Virus record (IMG/VR): IMGVR_UViG_3300042898_006156
Location: 32,001-96,000 of that record
Reading direction: 5' to 3' (one strand)
DNA length: 64,000 bases
Origin: a virus
A program made the position numbers and the translations under genes. Positions 63,845 through 64,000 of this stretch are shown here, one piece after another. How positions within the stretch are numbered: position 1 is the first letter of the stretch; each line of letters opens with the position of its first letter. The notes beneath the pieces were generated by a model that searched no databases, had not been told where the DNA came from, and saw nothing but the letters and a program-made list of their open reading frames with translations.

Positions 63845-64000
63845 ATGGAATCAAAAAAAGAAACTGTAGATGCACTCATTGTTCCTGATGAAGGACCAAA
63901 GAAAGCATCTAAAATGTTCAGGGATTTGAAAGAAGGGGACAAACCATTAGCGCCTCTTCCCCCTGATAATATGAGTGATATATCTTATCCTCAATTTATG
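63845..64000 (+). CDS. 3'-truncated hypothetical protein
   Basis: MESKKETVDALIVPDEGPKK..., open to the window end; TATAAC 7 nt before the ATG. Confidence 0.6.
   Translation, partial: MESKKETVDALIVPDEGPKKASKMFRDLKEGDKPLAPLPPDNMSDISYPQFM

Noticed and set aside
1-64000. Stop-codon reassignment as the cause of split genes
   Set aside because: Long conserved genes are intact in code 11 and end in TAA, TAG and TGA; the split halves are separated by other genes.
1-64000. Cellular chromosome or prophage origin
   Set aside because: No ribosomal, envelope or central-metabolism genes and no integrase or att site; the density of hypotheticals and clustering of divergent replication genes fit a large phage, although no capsid or terminase gene is in the window to prove it.
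1-64000. tRNA, rRNA or large ncRNA genes
   Set aside because: Intergenic gaps are short, AT-rich and explained by promoters and terminators; no cloverleaf recognised.

Overview
AT-rich (roughly 30% GC by eye), gene-dense 64-kb segment, best explained as part of a large (jumbo/huge) dsDNA bacteriophage genome using the standard genetic code. No rRNA, tRNA, CRISPR array, integrase or transposase was recognised. About 1-15 kb is an accessory region: a GH5 glycoside hydrolase, several Tad2/DUF2829-like domains, FeoA, a PGDYG-like protein, two glycosyltransferases, a PD-(D/E)XK nuclease and a RusA-like resolvase. About 22-63 kb is a mostly plus-strand replication/nucleotide-metabolism module of bacterial type: split SbcC with SbcD, Ycf46-like AAA ATPase, DnaC-like loader, DnaB, split DnaG, DnaE with an internal duplication, SSB-like protein, RecA, RecJ, class Ia RNR, dUTPase, DnaX, DnaN, HolA and PurA, plus three sigma-like proteins and SpoVS. 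The strongest candidate for an undescribed system is a dispersed set of mostly minus-strand genes inserted between the replication genes. Their otherwise unrelated products (zinc proteases, a GNAT, a nuclease-like protein, Pro/Met-rich proteins) share N-terminal leaders typically ending in K/R-x-A-Q, and several are preceded by an AGG element at a fixed distance. This suggests a late regulon, possibly read by the phage SigH-like factor, of head-packaged and protease-processed cargo proteins. Many early/middle genes appear to be transcribed as leaderless mRNAs. All functional calls come from motif recognition by eye; no searches were run.
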